A stretch of DNA of 64,000 bases. It comes from Bacilli bacterium (GTDB lineage Bacteria > Bacillota_I > Bacilli_A > RFN20 > CAG-826). The translations under genes and the position numbers were made by a program. Position 1 is the stretch's first letter; each line of letters opens with the position of its first letter. The notes beneath the pieces are model-generated. The model was not told the DNA's origin. It did not search any database and was given only the letters and a program-made list of their open reading frames with translations. Positions 48,957-58,110 of this stretch are shown here, in pieces. The DNA lies in the NCBI GenBank assembly GCA_017454295.1, contig JAFTDF010000030.1:79089-143088 (forward strand). Direction: 5' to 3'.

Positions 48957-51533
48957 TTATTTCAATTCGGCGTCGTAAGACTCAATCACCTTGCCACAGA
49001 CTTCGCAAGTGGCTTCGACGTGGTATAAGTCGCCTTCGATTTTGGTGTACGAGAAATGCTCTTTGTGGCGATGGACTTGTCCTTGGCCCACGGCGATTTG
49101 GCCTTTCTTCGTATAGTGGGCTTCCGCCGGTACCGTTTTTTCCATGAGGGCATCTTCCAACTTGCTGACGCCTTCCTTTTCTTCGTCCTTGGAATAGAAG
49201 TAATACTCCACGGTATCCGCGGCGTCATAGAGGCAAGGATCATCGCCTTCGGCAAGGGCGTATTCGCGATAGAGACGGATGAAGAGCTTTCCTTCTTCGC
49301 CAACATCGCACTGTTCCACCTGCAAATCATAGGTGTCGTTCCCGGTGCCAGCACCTTGGAGTGGTAACCATTCGCCTTGATAATGGACTTCGAGGTTGCT
49401 TTGGTCGAAGACATGGGTATTCGAGCCTTTATGCAACGTGACGGTGACTTCTAAATTCTCACCCAGGGAAACGGGGTAATCGATTTCCTCGTAGACCGAG
49501 TTATGGCAAACATAGCAAAGGTCGTTATCGAAGCTATGGGGTTCCACGCTAATAACGGAGTTGCAGTTTCCGCAACGGGTATAATGCTCTTCATCGTCGA
49601 GTTTGGACTTATAGGTCGTCTCGTGGTCGCAGGTCTCGATTTCGCTAGCATTGGGCAACGTCACGCTGCTGACTTGGCCGAAATTGGAGAATTCCCACGT
49701 GGAAATGACACGGTATTTGTTATAACTGTCATTGACGACGACATCGGCGGCGATATTTAAGATGGAGGCGGGGGAGAACTCAACGGTGGCACTGCCTTCC
49801 ATGGGGGAATCCAGCAGCTTGCCAACCTTGGTTAAGTCAACGGTGAGTTTGCCACTAGCTTCGTCTATGGACAAGGCCTGGGCTTTGATTTCATCGGCGT
49901 GGCGAGCCAAACGAAGCGGCGAGATGTTCGGAATCAGCCCGATGTCTTGTTCATCCTTTTTGGCCAAATAGGCGAGCGAATAGGATTGTTGGCTCAATTT
50001 GGTTTTGCCAGAAGGGATGCCAATATTGATATAGTCGGTCTCGGTCACCACACGATAATTGGTCTTAGGAGCACTGAAGACATTGACGTTTTCCCCGTCG
50101 ATTTCGGCGGTATAGCCCTTAATCATGGGGTTGGCTTCTTTTTTGCCGGCTTCCTCGTTAAAGAGGGCCACCGCATCGGCGATCGGGGTTGTCGCGGTAA
50201 TGGATTCGAATAAAGACGAAGCCTCGGCCACGAATTCCGCGCCACTCATCGGCATGGCTTGGGTCAAAGTCAATTTGGCTTTGTTGTCGGCGATATCGGC
50301 TTCTTTGACCTTGATATAGGCATGATCGGGAACCTCTTCTCCCTGGTCATTGATGTAGATTTGCTTTTCGACATTCTTCATGTGGAGATTGCCCAAAGCC
50401 GCTTCGGGTTTGCTCAACGCCGCGATGACGGCATCGATCTTCTGCTCGGCGGTCATTCCAGCGGGAGTGGAGGGGGAGGAGGATTCCGATGAAGAAGAAG
50501 GTTGCGAAGAGGATTCGCTGGAGGGGGCGACGACGGAGGGGAGCGTGACGGAGGTCAGGGAGGAGCAGCCGGAGAAGGCGAGATCTCCGATGGAGGCGAC
50601 GCTAGAGGGGATCACGATGGATTCAAGGGAGGAGCAGCCGGAGAAGGCGTATTTGCCGATGGAGGCGACACCGGAGGGGATCACGATGGATTTGAGGGAG
50701 GAGCAGCCCTTGAAGGCACTATCGCCGATGGATTTGCATCCTTCAAGAATAACGACCGACTTCAGCGAGGAGGGGACATAGGAGGAATCACCGAAAATAT
50801 AGTCGAGACGCGTATTCGATCCGGCGGACCCTCCGACGAAGGGGACCGTTAAGGATTCCAGGGAGGAGCAGCCGCGGAAGGCACTATCGCCGATGGAGGC
50901 GACGCTTGAGGGGATCGTCACGGAGGTTAGGGAGGCGCAGCCGGAGAAGGCACTATCGCCGATGGAAACGCATCCTTCGAGAACGGTGACAGACTTTAAA
51001 CCAGAAGGAACATAAGAAGCGTTTTGCAAATACGAGCCCGCACCGAAGATATAGCCGAGATGCGGGTTGGATGTGGCCGACTCGCCAACGAATGGGAGCG
51101 TGATCGACTCAAGGGAGGAGCAGCCGGAGAAGGCAGAGTATTCGATGTGGTTAACGGTGGAAGAAACTTCGACGGCTTTCAAAACACTGCATTGGCGGAA
51201 GGCGTGTTTGGCGATAGAAGTGACGGTATCGGGAATGACAATGCTCTCGTGGTCAAAACCCGAAGAAAGCCCAACTAACTCACCATTAACAATAATTAAC
51301 TCGAGAGGAGAAAGCTCCTTGCTACTTGTCCCAGAGGAAGATTCCTCACTGCTTTCCCCGGGAGAAGATCCTCCACCGCTTTCGCCAGAAGATGTTTCCG
51401 TAACACTTGTTTCGGAAGGGGTCGAAGAGGCTTCACTGTTCGCCGAAGCGGACGTCGACCCATAAGTCGAATATGAACAACTCGCCAGCGTTAAACTGGC
51501 AATAAGCAAGGAGAGCAACTTCGTGAATTTCAT
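48957..51533 (-). CDS. surface lipoprotein with BspA-type leucine-rich repeats and Cys/His-rich C-terminal region
   Basis: Lipobox LTLASCS and a Ser-rich linker. About 10 repeats of the type SIGDSAFSGCSSLTSVTIPSSV. C-terminal CxH/CxxC clusters. AGGAG RBS. Confidence 0.8.
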   Translation of the reverse strand: MKFTKLLSLLIASLTLASCSYSTYGSTSASANSEASSTPSETSVTETSSGESGGGSSPGESSEESSSGTSSKELSPLELIIVNGELVGLSSGFDHESIVIPDTVTSIAKHAFRQCSVLKAVEVSSTVNHIEYSAFSGCSSLESITLPFVGESATSNPHLGYIFGAGSYLQNASYVPSGLKSVTVLEGCVSIGDSAFSGCASLTSVTIPSSVASIGDSAFRGCSSLESLTVPFVGGSAGSNTRLDYIFGDSSYVPSSLKSVVILEGCKSIGDSAFKGCSSLKSIVIPSGVASIGKYAFSGCSSLESIVIPSSVASIGDLAFSGCSSLTSVTLPSVVAPSSESSSQPSSSSESSSPSTPAGMTAEQKIDAVIAALSKPEAALGNLHMKNVEKQIYINDQGEEVPDHAYIKVKEADIADNKAKLTLTQAMPMSGAEFVAEASSLFESITATTPIADAVALFNEEAGKKEANPMIKGYTAEIDGENVNVFSAPKTNYRVVTETDYINIGIPSGKTKLSQQSYSLAYLAKKDEQDIGLIPNISPLRLARHADEIKAQALSIDEASGKLTVDLTKVGKLLDSPMEGSATVEFSPASILNIAADVVVNDSYNKYRVISTWEFSNFGQVSSVTLPNASEIETCDHETTYKSKLDDEEHYTRCGNCNSVISVEPHSFDNDLCYVCHNSVYEEIDYPVSLGENLEVTVTLHKGSNTHVFDQSNLEVHYQGEWLPLQGAGTGNDTYDLQVEQCDVGEEGKLFIRLYREYALAEGDDPCLYDAADTVEYYFYSKDEEKEGVSKLEDALMEKTVPAEAHYTKKGQIAVGQGQVHRHKEHFSYTKIEGDLYHVEATCEVCGKVIESYDAELK
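50528..51233 (-). repeat. intragenic LRR-encoding DNA repeats (~66-72 nt units)
   Basis: Recurrent ggaggagcagccggagaaggc...gatggaggcgac units are visible on the plus strand. Confidence 0.8.
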
Positions 51534-51559
51534 AGTCTAGCTCCTAATGTCGAAATAGG

Positions 51560-51985
51560 TTATTTAAACAAACCGAGGAAATAATCTAGGTCGGCGTTGA
51601 TTGAGTCGGCGCGCTCAATCATGGCTTTTAGAACATAGTCGGTCATCCCGTGGACAAAACGGTCGCGTAGTTTCTTGACCGAACAAGCTTCCAGGCTCCG
51701 ATCCTCGGAGCCAAAGATTCGTTCCAAAGTCGCCGTATCCGCATCAACCCCGAAATGGTTCATGACGTCGATGACTTCGGGCAAGTTAACCCCAAGCCTC
51801 TTTTTCTGCTTTGGGGTTAGTTTCCCCTTCTTTTTTATAAGGAGTTTTTTGTATAGGCTCTCGCAGGCGAAATACTTGAAAATGACGCCAGCGCAGGAGG
51901 CGGATATGTCTTTGTCCTCAAGAATAAAGTTCAATTGGACGATTTCAGACATCGCAAAGCGCAAAACCAGTTTTGTGTTTCCCAT
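51560..51985 (-). CDS. hypothetical all-alpha protein, possible HEPN-like domain
   Basis: 141 aa from ATG 51985 (the track starts at TTG 51997). Has an R-x4-H motif with a polar residue after R (KLRDRFVHG) in the C-terminal third. Lies 26 nt upstream of the LRR lipoprotein gene. Confidence 0.5.
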   Translation of the reverse strand: MGNTKLVLRFAMSEIVQLNFILEDKDISASCAGVIFKYFACESLYKKLLIKKKGKLTPKQKKRLGVNLPEVIDVMNHFGVDADTATLERIFGSEDRSLEACSVKKLRDRFVHGMTDYVLKAMIERADSINADLDYFLGLFK

Positions 51986-52090
51986 AAGCACCCCCAAGCT
52001 AAAGGCATACTAAAGCGGAAAAGCAGCCATGTGACTAATGTGTTGCCTCAGTCCCTTCTTTTCGGCAAAACTCCTCCGTCCTTTTTCAAA

Positions 52091-52113
52091 ATTGTAGTGT
52101 GTGTGTGTGTAAA
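52091..52113 (-). promoter_or_regulatory. promoter-like hexamers separated by (AC)n tract
   Basis: Minus strand has TTTACA (52113..52108), 11 nt of AC repeat, then TACAAT (52096..52091). Confidence 0.3.
52097..52110. repeat. (GT)7 / (AC)7 microsatellite
   Basis: gtgtgtgtgtgtgt in non-coding DNA between rplQ and the HEPN-like ORF. Confidence 0.95.
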
Positions 52114-52175
52114 GCACTCACCCTCATAGAGTGCTAAAACATTCGATAAAATCTATTCTTTTCTTTGCTTGTGTC

Positions 52176-52204
52176 AAACAAAAAAGCCACCCCTAAGGAT
52201 GGCT
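52176..52204 (-). terminator. rho-independent terminator of the ribosomal alpha operon
   Basis: Minus strand has AGCCAUCC-UUAG-GGGUGGCU followed by UUUUUUGUUU, 19 nt after the rplQ stop. Confidence 0.75.
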
Positions 52205-52222
52205 TTGGTAAGTAAGACTCGC

Positions 52223-52630
52223 TTAGTTCTTATCGGACCAGCGGACGAGGGTGACCTCGGCGGAATCGCCGCGGCGTTCACCGAGCTTATAGGACTTGGT
52301 GTAACCGCCTTTGCGGGAGGCCATGCGGGGACCGATTTCCTTGAAGAGCTTGTCGAGGGCGGTCTGTCCCTTTTCGTCGACGACGGTGGGACGGAGGACG
52401 CTGGCGGCTTGGCGACGGGCATGGAGGTCTCCACGCTTGGCCAAGGTGACGAGATGATCGGCCAAGGACTTGAGTTCCTTGGTGACGCCGGAGGTGACTT
52501 TGACTTCTTCCTTGAGGACGAGGTCGGTCACGACGTTGCGGAGCATCGATTTGTTCTTCGAGGCGGTATAGCCGGTTTTGAAACGGACACCGGTTTTGCC
52601 GTGGACGTTCTTTCTTCCTTGTGCAGCCAT
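52223..52630 (-). CDS. rplQ: 50S ribosomal protein L17
   Basis: SMLRNVVTDLVLKEEVKVT... is L17-like. Follows rpoA. Confidence 0.9.
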   Translation of the reverse strand: MAAQGRKNVHGKTGVRFKTGYTASKNKSMLRNVVTDLVLKEEVKVTSGVTKELKSLADHLVTLAKRGDLHARRQAASVLRPTVVDEKGQTALDKLFKEIGPRMASRKGGYTKSYKLGERRGDSAEVTLVRWSDKN

Positions 52631-52634
52631 TGTT

Positions 52635-53639
52635 TTATTCTCCTACGTAATCGCGGAAGTGGAGGCCGTTGGCGGCGAGTTTTTCTTTCACTTCCTTGAG
52701 TGATTTCTTGCCCAAGTTGCGGACCTTCATCATCTCTTCTTCGCTCTTTTGGGTGAGCTCGAGGACGGTGGAGATGCCAGCGCGCTTGAGGCAGTTATTG
52801 GAACGGACGCTCAGATCGAGTTCTTCGATGAGCATGTTCTGGAATTTGTTTTCTTCCTGTTGGACGACTTCCTTGACGAGTTGGTAACCAGTGACCTTCT
52901 CTTCGAGGGCGACGAATTGCTGGAAGTGGGCCACGAGGAGCTGGGCGGCAAGAGCCACGGCTTCGTGGGGTTTGACCGATCCATCGGTGGTGACTTCAAG
53001 GGTCAATTCATCGAACTTGGAATCGTGGAGCACACGGGTCGGTTCGACGGCATAGGCCACTTTGACGACGGGGGAATAGTTGGAATCGGTGGTGATGACG
53101 CCGACGGTGTCGATGTGGCGTTCCGCTTTGTTGGCCTCGGCGGTGACATAACCACGGCCGTTGGCGGCGTAGATGGTCATCTTGAGGTGGCCTTCGGCGT
53201 TGAGGTGGGCAATCTCGAGTTCGGGATTGCAAACGCTGACGAAGGCGGGGAGTTCGAGATCTCCGGCCTTGAGGGTGGCGGGACCCTTGAGGTCGACGTC
53301 GATACGCTTGAGCTCAGCGGAATCCTCATCGATTTTCAAGACGAGGTCCTTGAGGTTCAAGATGATGGCGGTGACGTCTTCTTCCACGCCCTTGAGGGCA
53401 GTGAATTCATGACGGGCGCCTTCGATTTCGACGGCTACGACGCTGGCGCCGGGGAGGGCGGAGAGGAGAACGCGGCGGAGGGCGTTCCCGAGGGTGATGC
53501 CGAAGCCACGTTCCAGCGGGCGGACGACGATCTTGGCGTAATTTTCGCTTTCGTCGTTGACGGCAATTTCAATGTTGACGGGTTCAAACGGGTTGGGGAG
53601 TTTCATCTCCTCGACTTTGTTTGCGGGCTTATTGGCCAT
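52635..53639 (-). CDS. rpoA: DNA-directed RNA polymerase alpha subunit
   Basis: NALRRVLLS N-domain motif and a C-terminal domain with LSVRSNNCLKRAGI. Confidence 0.95.
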   Translation of the reverse strand: MANKPANKVEEMKLPNPFEPVNIEIAVNDESENYAKIVVRPLERGFGITLGNALRRVLLSALPGASVVAVEIEGARHEFTALKGVEEDVTAIILNLKDLVLKIDEDSAELKRIDVDLKGPATLKAGDLELPAFVSVCNPELEIAHLNAEGHLKMTIYAANGRGYVTAEANKAERHIDTVGVITTDSNYSPVVKVAYAVEPTRVLHDSKFDELTLEVTTDGSVKPHEAVALAAQLLVAHFQQFVALEEKVTGYQLVKEVVQQEENKFQNMLIEELDLSVRSNNCLKRAGISTVLELTQKSEEEMMKVRNLGKKSLKEVKEKLAANGLHFRDYVGE

Positions 53640-53691
53640 GAATGTTTTCCTCCTATGTTAGCAAGCGTATTGGTTAATGGGATGAACCCGA

Positions 53692-54093
53692 TTAACCTCT
53701 GGGACGCTTGGGCGGGCGGCAGCCGTTATGGGGGATCGGGGTGGTATCCTCGATGGAGAGGACCTGAAGGCCGATCGCGGCGAGGGCCCGGACCGCGGAT
53801 TCACGACCGGCACCGGGGCCTTTGACCTCGACGTCGACCTGGCGGAGGCCTTGGTCGAACGCGGTCTTGGCAGCGGCTTCGGCAGCGAGTTGCGCGGCGA
53901 AGGGAGTGGATTTCTTCGCACCTTTGTAACCGAGGGCACCGGCAGAGGACCAGGCGATGACATTGCCTTGGACGTCGGTGATGGTGACGATGGTGTTATT
54001 GAAGGACGAATGGATATGGGCGACGCCCCGCGTATACGAACGTTTGATTTTCTTCTTGCGGGCGGTCGTGGTTTTCTTCTTTGCAGCAGCCAT
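53692..54093 (-). CDS. rpsK: 30S ribosomal protein S11
   Basis: [18 protein letters not shown]...[12 protein letters not shown]-type C-terminus. Confidence 0.95.
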   Translation of the reverse strand: MAAAKKKTTTARKKKIKRSYTRGVAHIHSSFNNTIVTITDVQGNVIAWSSAGALGYKGAKKSTPFAAQLAAEAAAKTAFDQGLRQVDVEVKGPGAGRESAVRALAAIGLQVLSIEDTTPIPHNGCRPPKRPRG

Positions 54094-54108
54094 GATTGCA
54101 ACCTCCTA

Positions 54109-54483
54109 TTACTTCGTCGCCTGCTTCTTGTTGGCGATGGTTTTGCGGCGTCCCTTGCGGGTACGGGCATTGGTGCGGGTACGCTGACCACGGACGGGAA
54201 GGCCCTTTTTGTGGCGGATCCCACGGTAGCAACCGATTTCGGTGAGGCGCTTGATGTTGAGCGCGACTTCGCGGCGAAGATCGCCTTCGGTGTGGTATTT
54301 GGCGACCTCGGCGCGGATGGCGGTTAATTGCTCATCGGTGAGGTCTTTGGTGCGAATGTCTTCGCTGACTTTGACCGCTTCGAGGATGTTCTTGGCGGTG
54401 GTGTCGCCGATCCCGTAGATATAGGTGAGGGAGACGACGATACGTTTTTCATTGGGGATGTCTACCCCGACAATACGTGCCAT
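54109..54483 (-). CDS. rpsM: 30S ribosomal protein S13
   Basis: [26 protein letters not shown]. Confidence 0.95.
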   Translation of the reverse strand: MARIVGVDIPNEKRIVVSLTYIYGIGDTTAKNILEAVKVSEDIRTKDLTDEQLTAIRAEVAKYHTEGDLRREVALNIKRLTEIGCYRGIRHKKGLPVRGQRTRTNARTRKGRRKTIANKKQATK

Positions 54484-54507
54484 TTACGTTGGTTTCCTTT
54501 CTTGATC

Positions 54508-54621
54508 TCAACCCTGACGCTGTTTGTGCTTGGGGTTGGAGCAGATCACCATGAGTTTTCCGTGACGGCGGATGACCCGGCATTTGTCACAGATGGGTTT
54601 GACGGAAGGTCTAACTTTCAT
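54508..54621 (-). CDS. rpmJ: 50S ribosomal protein L36
   Basis: Below the track length cutoff. Reverse translation gives [37 protein letters not shown] with a TGA stop. Confidence 0.92.
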   Translation of the reverse strand: MKVRPSVKPICDKCRVIRRHGKLMVICSNPKHKQRQG

Positions 54622-54650
54622 CTTTCTTACTCCTTAAGATATGCCGCAAT

Positions 54651-54872
54651 TCAGTTGCGGTGCCTGAATGTGATTCGCCCACGTGTTAAATCGTAAGGTG
54701 AGAACTGGACGGTGACCCGATCACCGGGGAGAATCCGAATGTAGTTCATGCGGATTTTACCCGAAACGCAGGCTTGGACCACGGCGCCATTGGTCAGTTT
54801 CACTTTGAAGTTGGCATTGGGGAGACACTCCAATACCGTCGCCTCGACTTCGATGCAATCTTCTTTGCTCAA
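54651..54872 (-). CDS. infA: translation initiation factor IF-1
   Basis: 73-aa S1-like OB protein (…[35 protein letters not shown]). Confidence 0.95.
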   Translation of the reverse strand: MSKEDCIEVEATVLECLPNANFKVKLTNGAVVQACVSGKIRMNYIRILPGDRVTVQFSPYDLTRGRITFRHRN

Positions 54873-55645
54873 ATTGCTTCATCCTTTCCGCTATCGTCTA
54901 GCTTAGTGAGAATTTCGTAGCCACCCGAGGTGACCACCAAGGTGTTTTCGTAATGGGCTGTCAGGCCTCCGTCTTTGGCGACGACGGTCCAACCGTCTTT
55001 CATTACGCGGACCGCGTTCTTCTTTTCGAAAATCATCGGTTCGATGCAGATCGTCATCCCTTCTTTGAGGACCGGACCGGTGCCGGGGGTCCCATAGCAG
55101 GGAATGTAGGGATCTTCATGCATTTCACGGCCGATGCCATGTCCCGTATACTCACGGGCCACGGTGCAGCCATGCTTGGATGCGGTCTCCTCGATTGCGT
55201 GGCAGACGTCACCGAGGCGTACCCCTGGTTTTACCAGGGACACAGCATTATAGAAGCATTCTTCGGCAATGGCTACCATTCTTTTTTGCCGTTCACCACA
55301 AATCCCTACTAAGTAGGTTCTCGCAGCGTCCCCGCAATAGCCGTTTTTCTTCGCCACCAAGTCAAGGGTGACGATATCGCCGTCGCGGAGGATTTGGCGT
55401 TCCGAAGGGATGCCATGGAGGATGACCTCGTTTACCGAGATGCAGACCGAGGCGGGATAGCCATAGTAGCCGAGTTCGGCGGGAATGGCACCCTCCTCAC
55501 GGACGAAGGCATCGATCTTCTCGTTCAAGAAGGCGGTGCTGACGCCCGGCTCTACATAAGGGGCGATTCGTTCGAATGCCCGAGCCACCACGCGACCGGC
55601 CTCGCGAATGAGGTCGATCTCGTGGGGAGTTTTGATGTGGATCAT
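54869..55645 (-). CDS. map: methionine aminopeptidase type I
   Basis: Metal-ligand regions ([22 protein letters not shown]; [11 protein letters not shown]). Position between adk and infA. Confidence 0.93.
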   Translation of the reverse strand: MIHIKTPHEIDLIREAGRVVARAFERIAPYVEPGVSTAFLNEKIDAFVREEGAIPAELGYYGYPASVCISVNEVILHGIPSERQILRDGDIVTLDLVAKKNGYCGDAARTYLVGICGERQKRMVAIAEECFYNAVSLVKPGVRLGDVCHAIEETASKHGCTVAREYTGHGIGREMHEDPYIPCYGTPGTGPVLKEGMTICIEPMIFEKKNAVRVMKDGWTVVAKDGGLTAHYENTLVVTSGGYEILTKLDDSGKDEAI

Positions 55646-56295
55646 TGGGCGGCCTTCAAGGTGGCGACGATTTGGTCGAAGAGGGCCACATGGCCAACCA
55701 TGCCATCGAAGTGATGGTAGAGGCCTTCACCTTGGTAGAAGTCGATTAAGGGAGCGGTCGAAGCGTAGTAGTTCTCCAAGCGGGTCTTCAAGGACTCGGC
55801 ATTGTCGTCTTTACGCTGGATGAGCTCCGCGCCGCAGCGGTCGCAGGTGCCTTCCTTGGCGGGCTTCATATCGGTGATGTGATAGGAAGCGCCGCATTTG
55901 GGGCAAACGCGACGTCCGGAGATGCGACGCACCAATTCCTCATCGGGGACGGAGACGTCGAGGACGAGGTTGACGGGGCGGCCGATTTCCGGGCCCATGG
56001 CCTTAAGGGCTTCCGCCTGCGGGATGGTCCGGGGGAAGCCATCGAGGAGGTAGCCGTTCGCGCAATCGGGTTGCGATAAGCGTTCACGGACCAATCCGAC
56101 GGTGATTTCGTCCGAGACGAGTCCACCGCTTTCGATGATGGCTTTGGCCTGGAGCCCGAGGGGGGTCCCTTTGGCAATGGCTTCGCGGAACATATCACCC
56201 GTGGAAATATGGGGGATATGGAAGGCGTCGATGATTTTTTTGGCTTGGGTGCCCTTCCCGGCTCCGGGAGGGCCCATGAGGATGATGTTCAACAT
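55642..56295 (-). CDS. adk: adenylate kinase
   Basis: P-loop GPPGAGKGTQ and Zn lid CPKCG...CDRCG. Confidence 0.95.
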   Translation of the reverse strand: MLNIILMGPPGAGKGTQAKKIIDAFHIPHISTGDMFREAIAKGTPLGLQAKAIIESGGLVSDEITVGLVRERLSQPDCANGYLLDGFPRTIPQAEALKAMGPEIGRPVNLVLDVSVPDEELVRRISGRRVCPKCGASYHITDMKPAKEGTCDRCGAELIQRKDDNAESLKTRLENYYASTAPLIDFYQGEGLYHHFDGMVGHVALFDQIVATLKAAQ

Positions 56296-56297
56296 GA

Positions 56298-57656
56298 TTA
56301 CATGCCTCCTTGGACTTCTTCGAAGGATTTGCCGGCGAGCAAGCCATCGATTTGGTTATTCAACTCGATGCAGACGCCGACGACGATGATCATCCCGGTG
56401 CCGCCGATGGCGAGGGAACTATCGGTGCCAAAGACACCCGAGAGAACCAAAGCGATCGGCAAGGCCGCGATCACGGCCAGGGCGAAGGCCCCGATGAAGG
56501 TGACGCGGTTAAGGACTTTCCGGACATAGCGCTCCGTCTCCTGACCCGGACGGATGCCAGGGATGTACGAACCGTTCTTTTGGAAGTTATCCGCAAGTTG
56601 GGCCGGATCCATCTGCATCTCCGAATAGAAGAAGGCGAAGACGAGGATCAACGCGATATAGATCAATAAGCCCCAGGGCATCGACCAGGTGGAGCCGTTG
56701 ATACCAGGCATCTCATACATCTCCGAGTAAGCGAAGATCTTGAGCCACTTGGCTTGGCCTGCTTCCGCCGAAATGAAGGAAGCGATGACCGAAGGCGCCA
56801 TCATAATCGAGGAGGCGAAGATGACGGGGATAACACCGGCGGAGTTGACCTTGATGGGCAAGAACGAAGCCTTGGCCATCGAGACCGGTTGCCCGGATTT
56901 GCCGGCGTGTTGGACGGGGATCTTCCGTCTTGCGAGTTCGAAGAAGACGACCCCCGAAACAATGAGTAATAGCGCCAGGACGTAGAGAAGGAACTGGAAT
57001 GAGCCACGGATAATCGCGGCGTCGCCATGTCCCTGGTTTTCGCTGATCCATTTGATCCAAGCGGTACGAAGCTGGATCGGGATGGAGCGGACGCATCCGG
57101 CGAAGATGATGACGGAGATACCGTTGCCCAAACCTTTCTCGGTGATTTGGTCGCCTAGCCACATGGTTAACATGGTGCCGGCGAGCAAGACCGTGACAAT
57201 GTAGGCATACGTCCAGAATTCGTCGGGCAAGGTCAAGGAGATGTAGGAAGAATTCTGCATCGTCTTGATGATGCCGTATCCCTGGACGGCCCCCAAAAGG
57301 AGGGTCAGGTAACGGGTGGACATCTCGATTTTCTTCCTCCCGTATTGCCCCTGCTTACTTAATTCGGTAAGGGCCGCGAGGACGTCTTTCGAGAGTAATT
57401 GGACGATAATCTGGGCGGTAATGTAAGGTGAGACGCCCAGCGCGAAGACCGAGAAGTTCGATAATGCGCCACCGCCGAGGAGATCCATCATGGCAAGGGC
57501 ATTGCCAGAGTTCATGGCGTTGGCGAGTTCGGCTTCGGCTTTGACGCCCGGAACCGTGATAGCCGCCCCAATCCGAATCACGAACAAGATCATGATCGTG
57601 AAGAAAATACGACCAACGATTTCCTTGTTTTTGAAGATTGAGACGAACTTATGCAT
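56298..57656 (-). CDS. secY: preprotein translocase SecY
   Basis: 452 aa, 10-TM pattern, position between rplO and adk. Confidence 0.95.
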   Translation of the reverse strand: MHKFVSIFKNKEIVGRIFFTIMILFVIRIGAAITVPGVKAEAELANAMNSGNALAMMDLLGGGALSNFSVFALGVSPYITAQIIVQLLSKDVLAALTELSKQGQYGRKKIEMSTRYLTLLLGAVQGYGIIKTMQNSSYISLTLPDEFWTYAYIVTVLLAGTMLTMWLGDQITEKGLGNGISVIIFAGCVRSIPIQLRTAWIKWISENQGHGDAAIIRGSFQFLLYVLALLLIVSGVVFFELARRKIPVQHAGKSGQPVSMAKASFLPIKVNSAGVIPVIFASSIMMAPSVIASFISAEAGQAKWLKIFAYSEMYEMPGINGSTWSMPWGLLIYIALILVFAFFYSEMQMDPAQLADNFQKNGSYIPGIRPGQETERYVRKVLNRVTFIGAFALAVIAALPIALVLSGVFGTDSSLAIGGTGMIIVVGVCIELNNQIDGLLAGKSFEEVQGGM

Positions 57657-58108
57657 TATTCGATCACCTTAGCTTCGCCGCCTTGGGCCTCAATGGCCGC
57701 CTTGGCGGAGGCAGAGAACGCCTTGGCTTCGACGACGAGCTTCTTGGTGAGTTCGCCGCGGCCGAGGACCTTCACGCCATCGAGTTCCTTCTTGATGATG
57801 CCTTTCTCGATGAGAAGGGCGGCATTGACGGTGGTACCCGCCTTGAAGGATTCGAGTTGGGAGAGGTTGACGATCGCATAGACCGTCTTGACGCCGGAAT
57901 GGGTCTTACGGGCACCAAACTTCGGAAGACGGCGGGCGATGGGGTTCTGACCACCTTCGAAGCCGTTCTTCTTGGTATGGGCGTGGGCACCCTGGCCTTT
58001 TTGGCCTTTGCCGGCGGTTTTGCCGTTGCCGGAGCCACGGCCACGACCCTTACGGAAGGAATCGAGGCGGGCGCCTTCGGCGTTGCGGAGTTCATGGAGT
58101 GCGGACAT
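57656..58108 (-). CDS. rplO: 50S ribosomal protein L15
   Basis: GRGRGSGNGKTAGKGQKGQ glycine-rich N-terminus. Confidence 0.95.
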   Translation of the reverse strand: MSALHELRNAEGARLDSFRKGRGRGSGNGKTAGKGQKGQGAHAHTKKNGFEGGQNPIARRLPKFGARKTHSGVKTVYAIVNLSQLESFKAGTTVNAALLIEKGIIKKELDGVKVLGRGELTKKLVVEAKAFSASAKAAIEAQGGEAKVIE

Positions 58109-58110
58109 GA

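Noticed and set aside
50480-51233. Regularly spaced near-identical DNA repeats that superficially resemble an array
   Set aside because: They are in-frame LRR modules of a long ORF with a lipoprotein signal, not a CRISPR array. There are no unique spacers of fixed size and no cas genes.
53640-53691. Bulged hairpin TTAATGGG-ATGAA-CCCGATTAA between rpsK and rpoA
   Set aside because: It has a short AT-rich stem, no U-tract and no known regulatory precedent that I can cite. It is probably incidental or a minor processing or pausing site.
54508-54510. Possibility of Mycoplasma-type genetic code (TGA = Trp)
   Set aside because: TGA terminates rpmJ, tsaD and the 64-aa ORF at the expected protein ends. 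Conserved proteins read through without in-frame TGA. This is the standard bacterial code.
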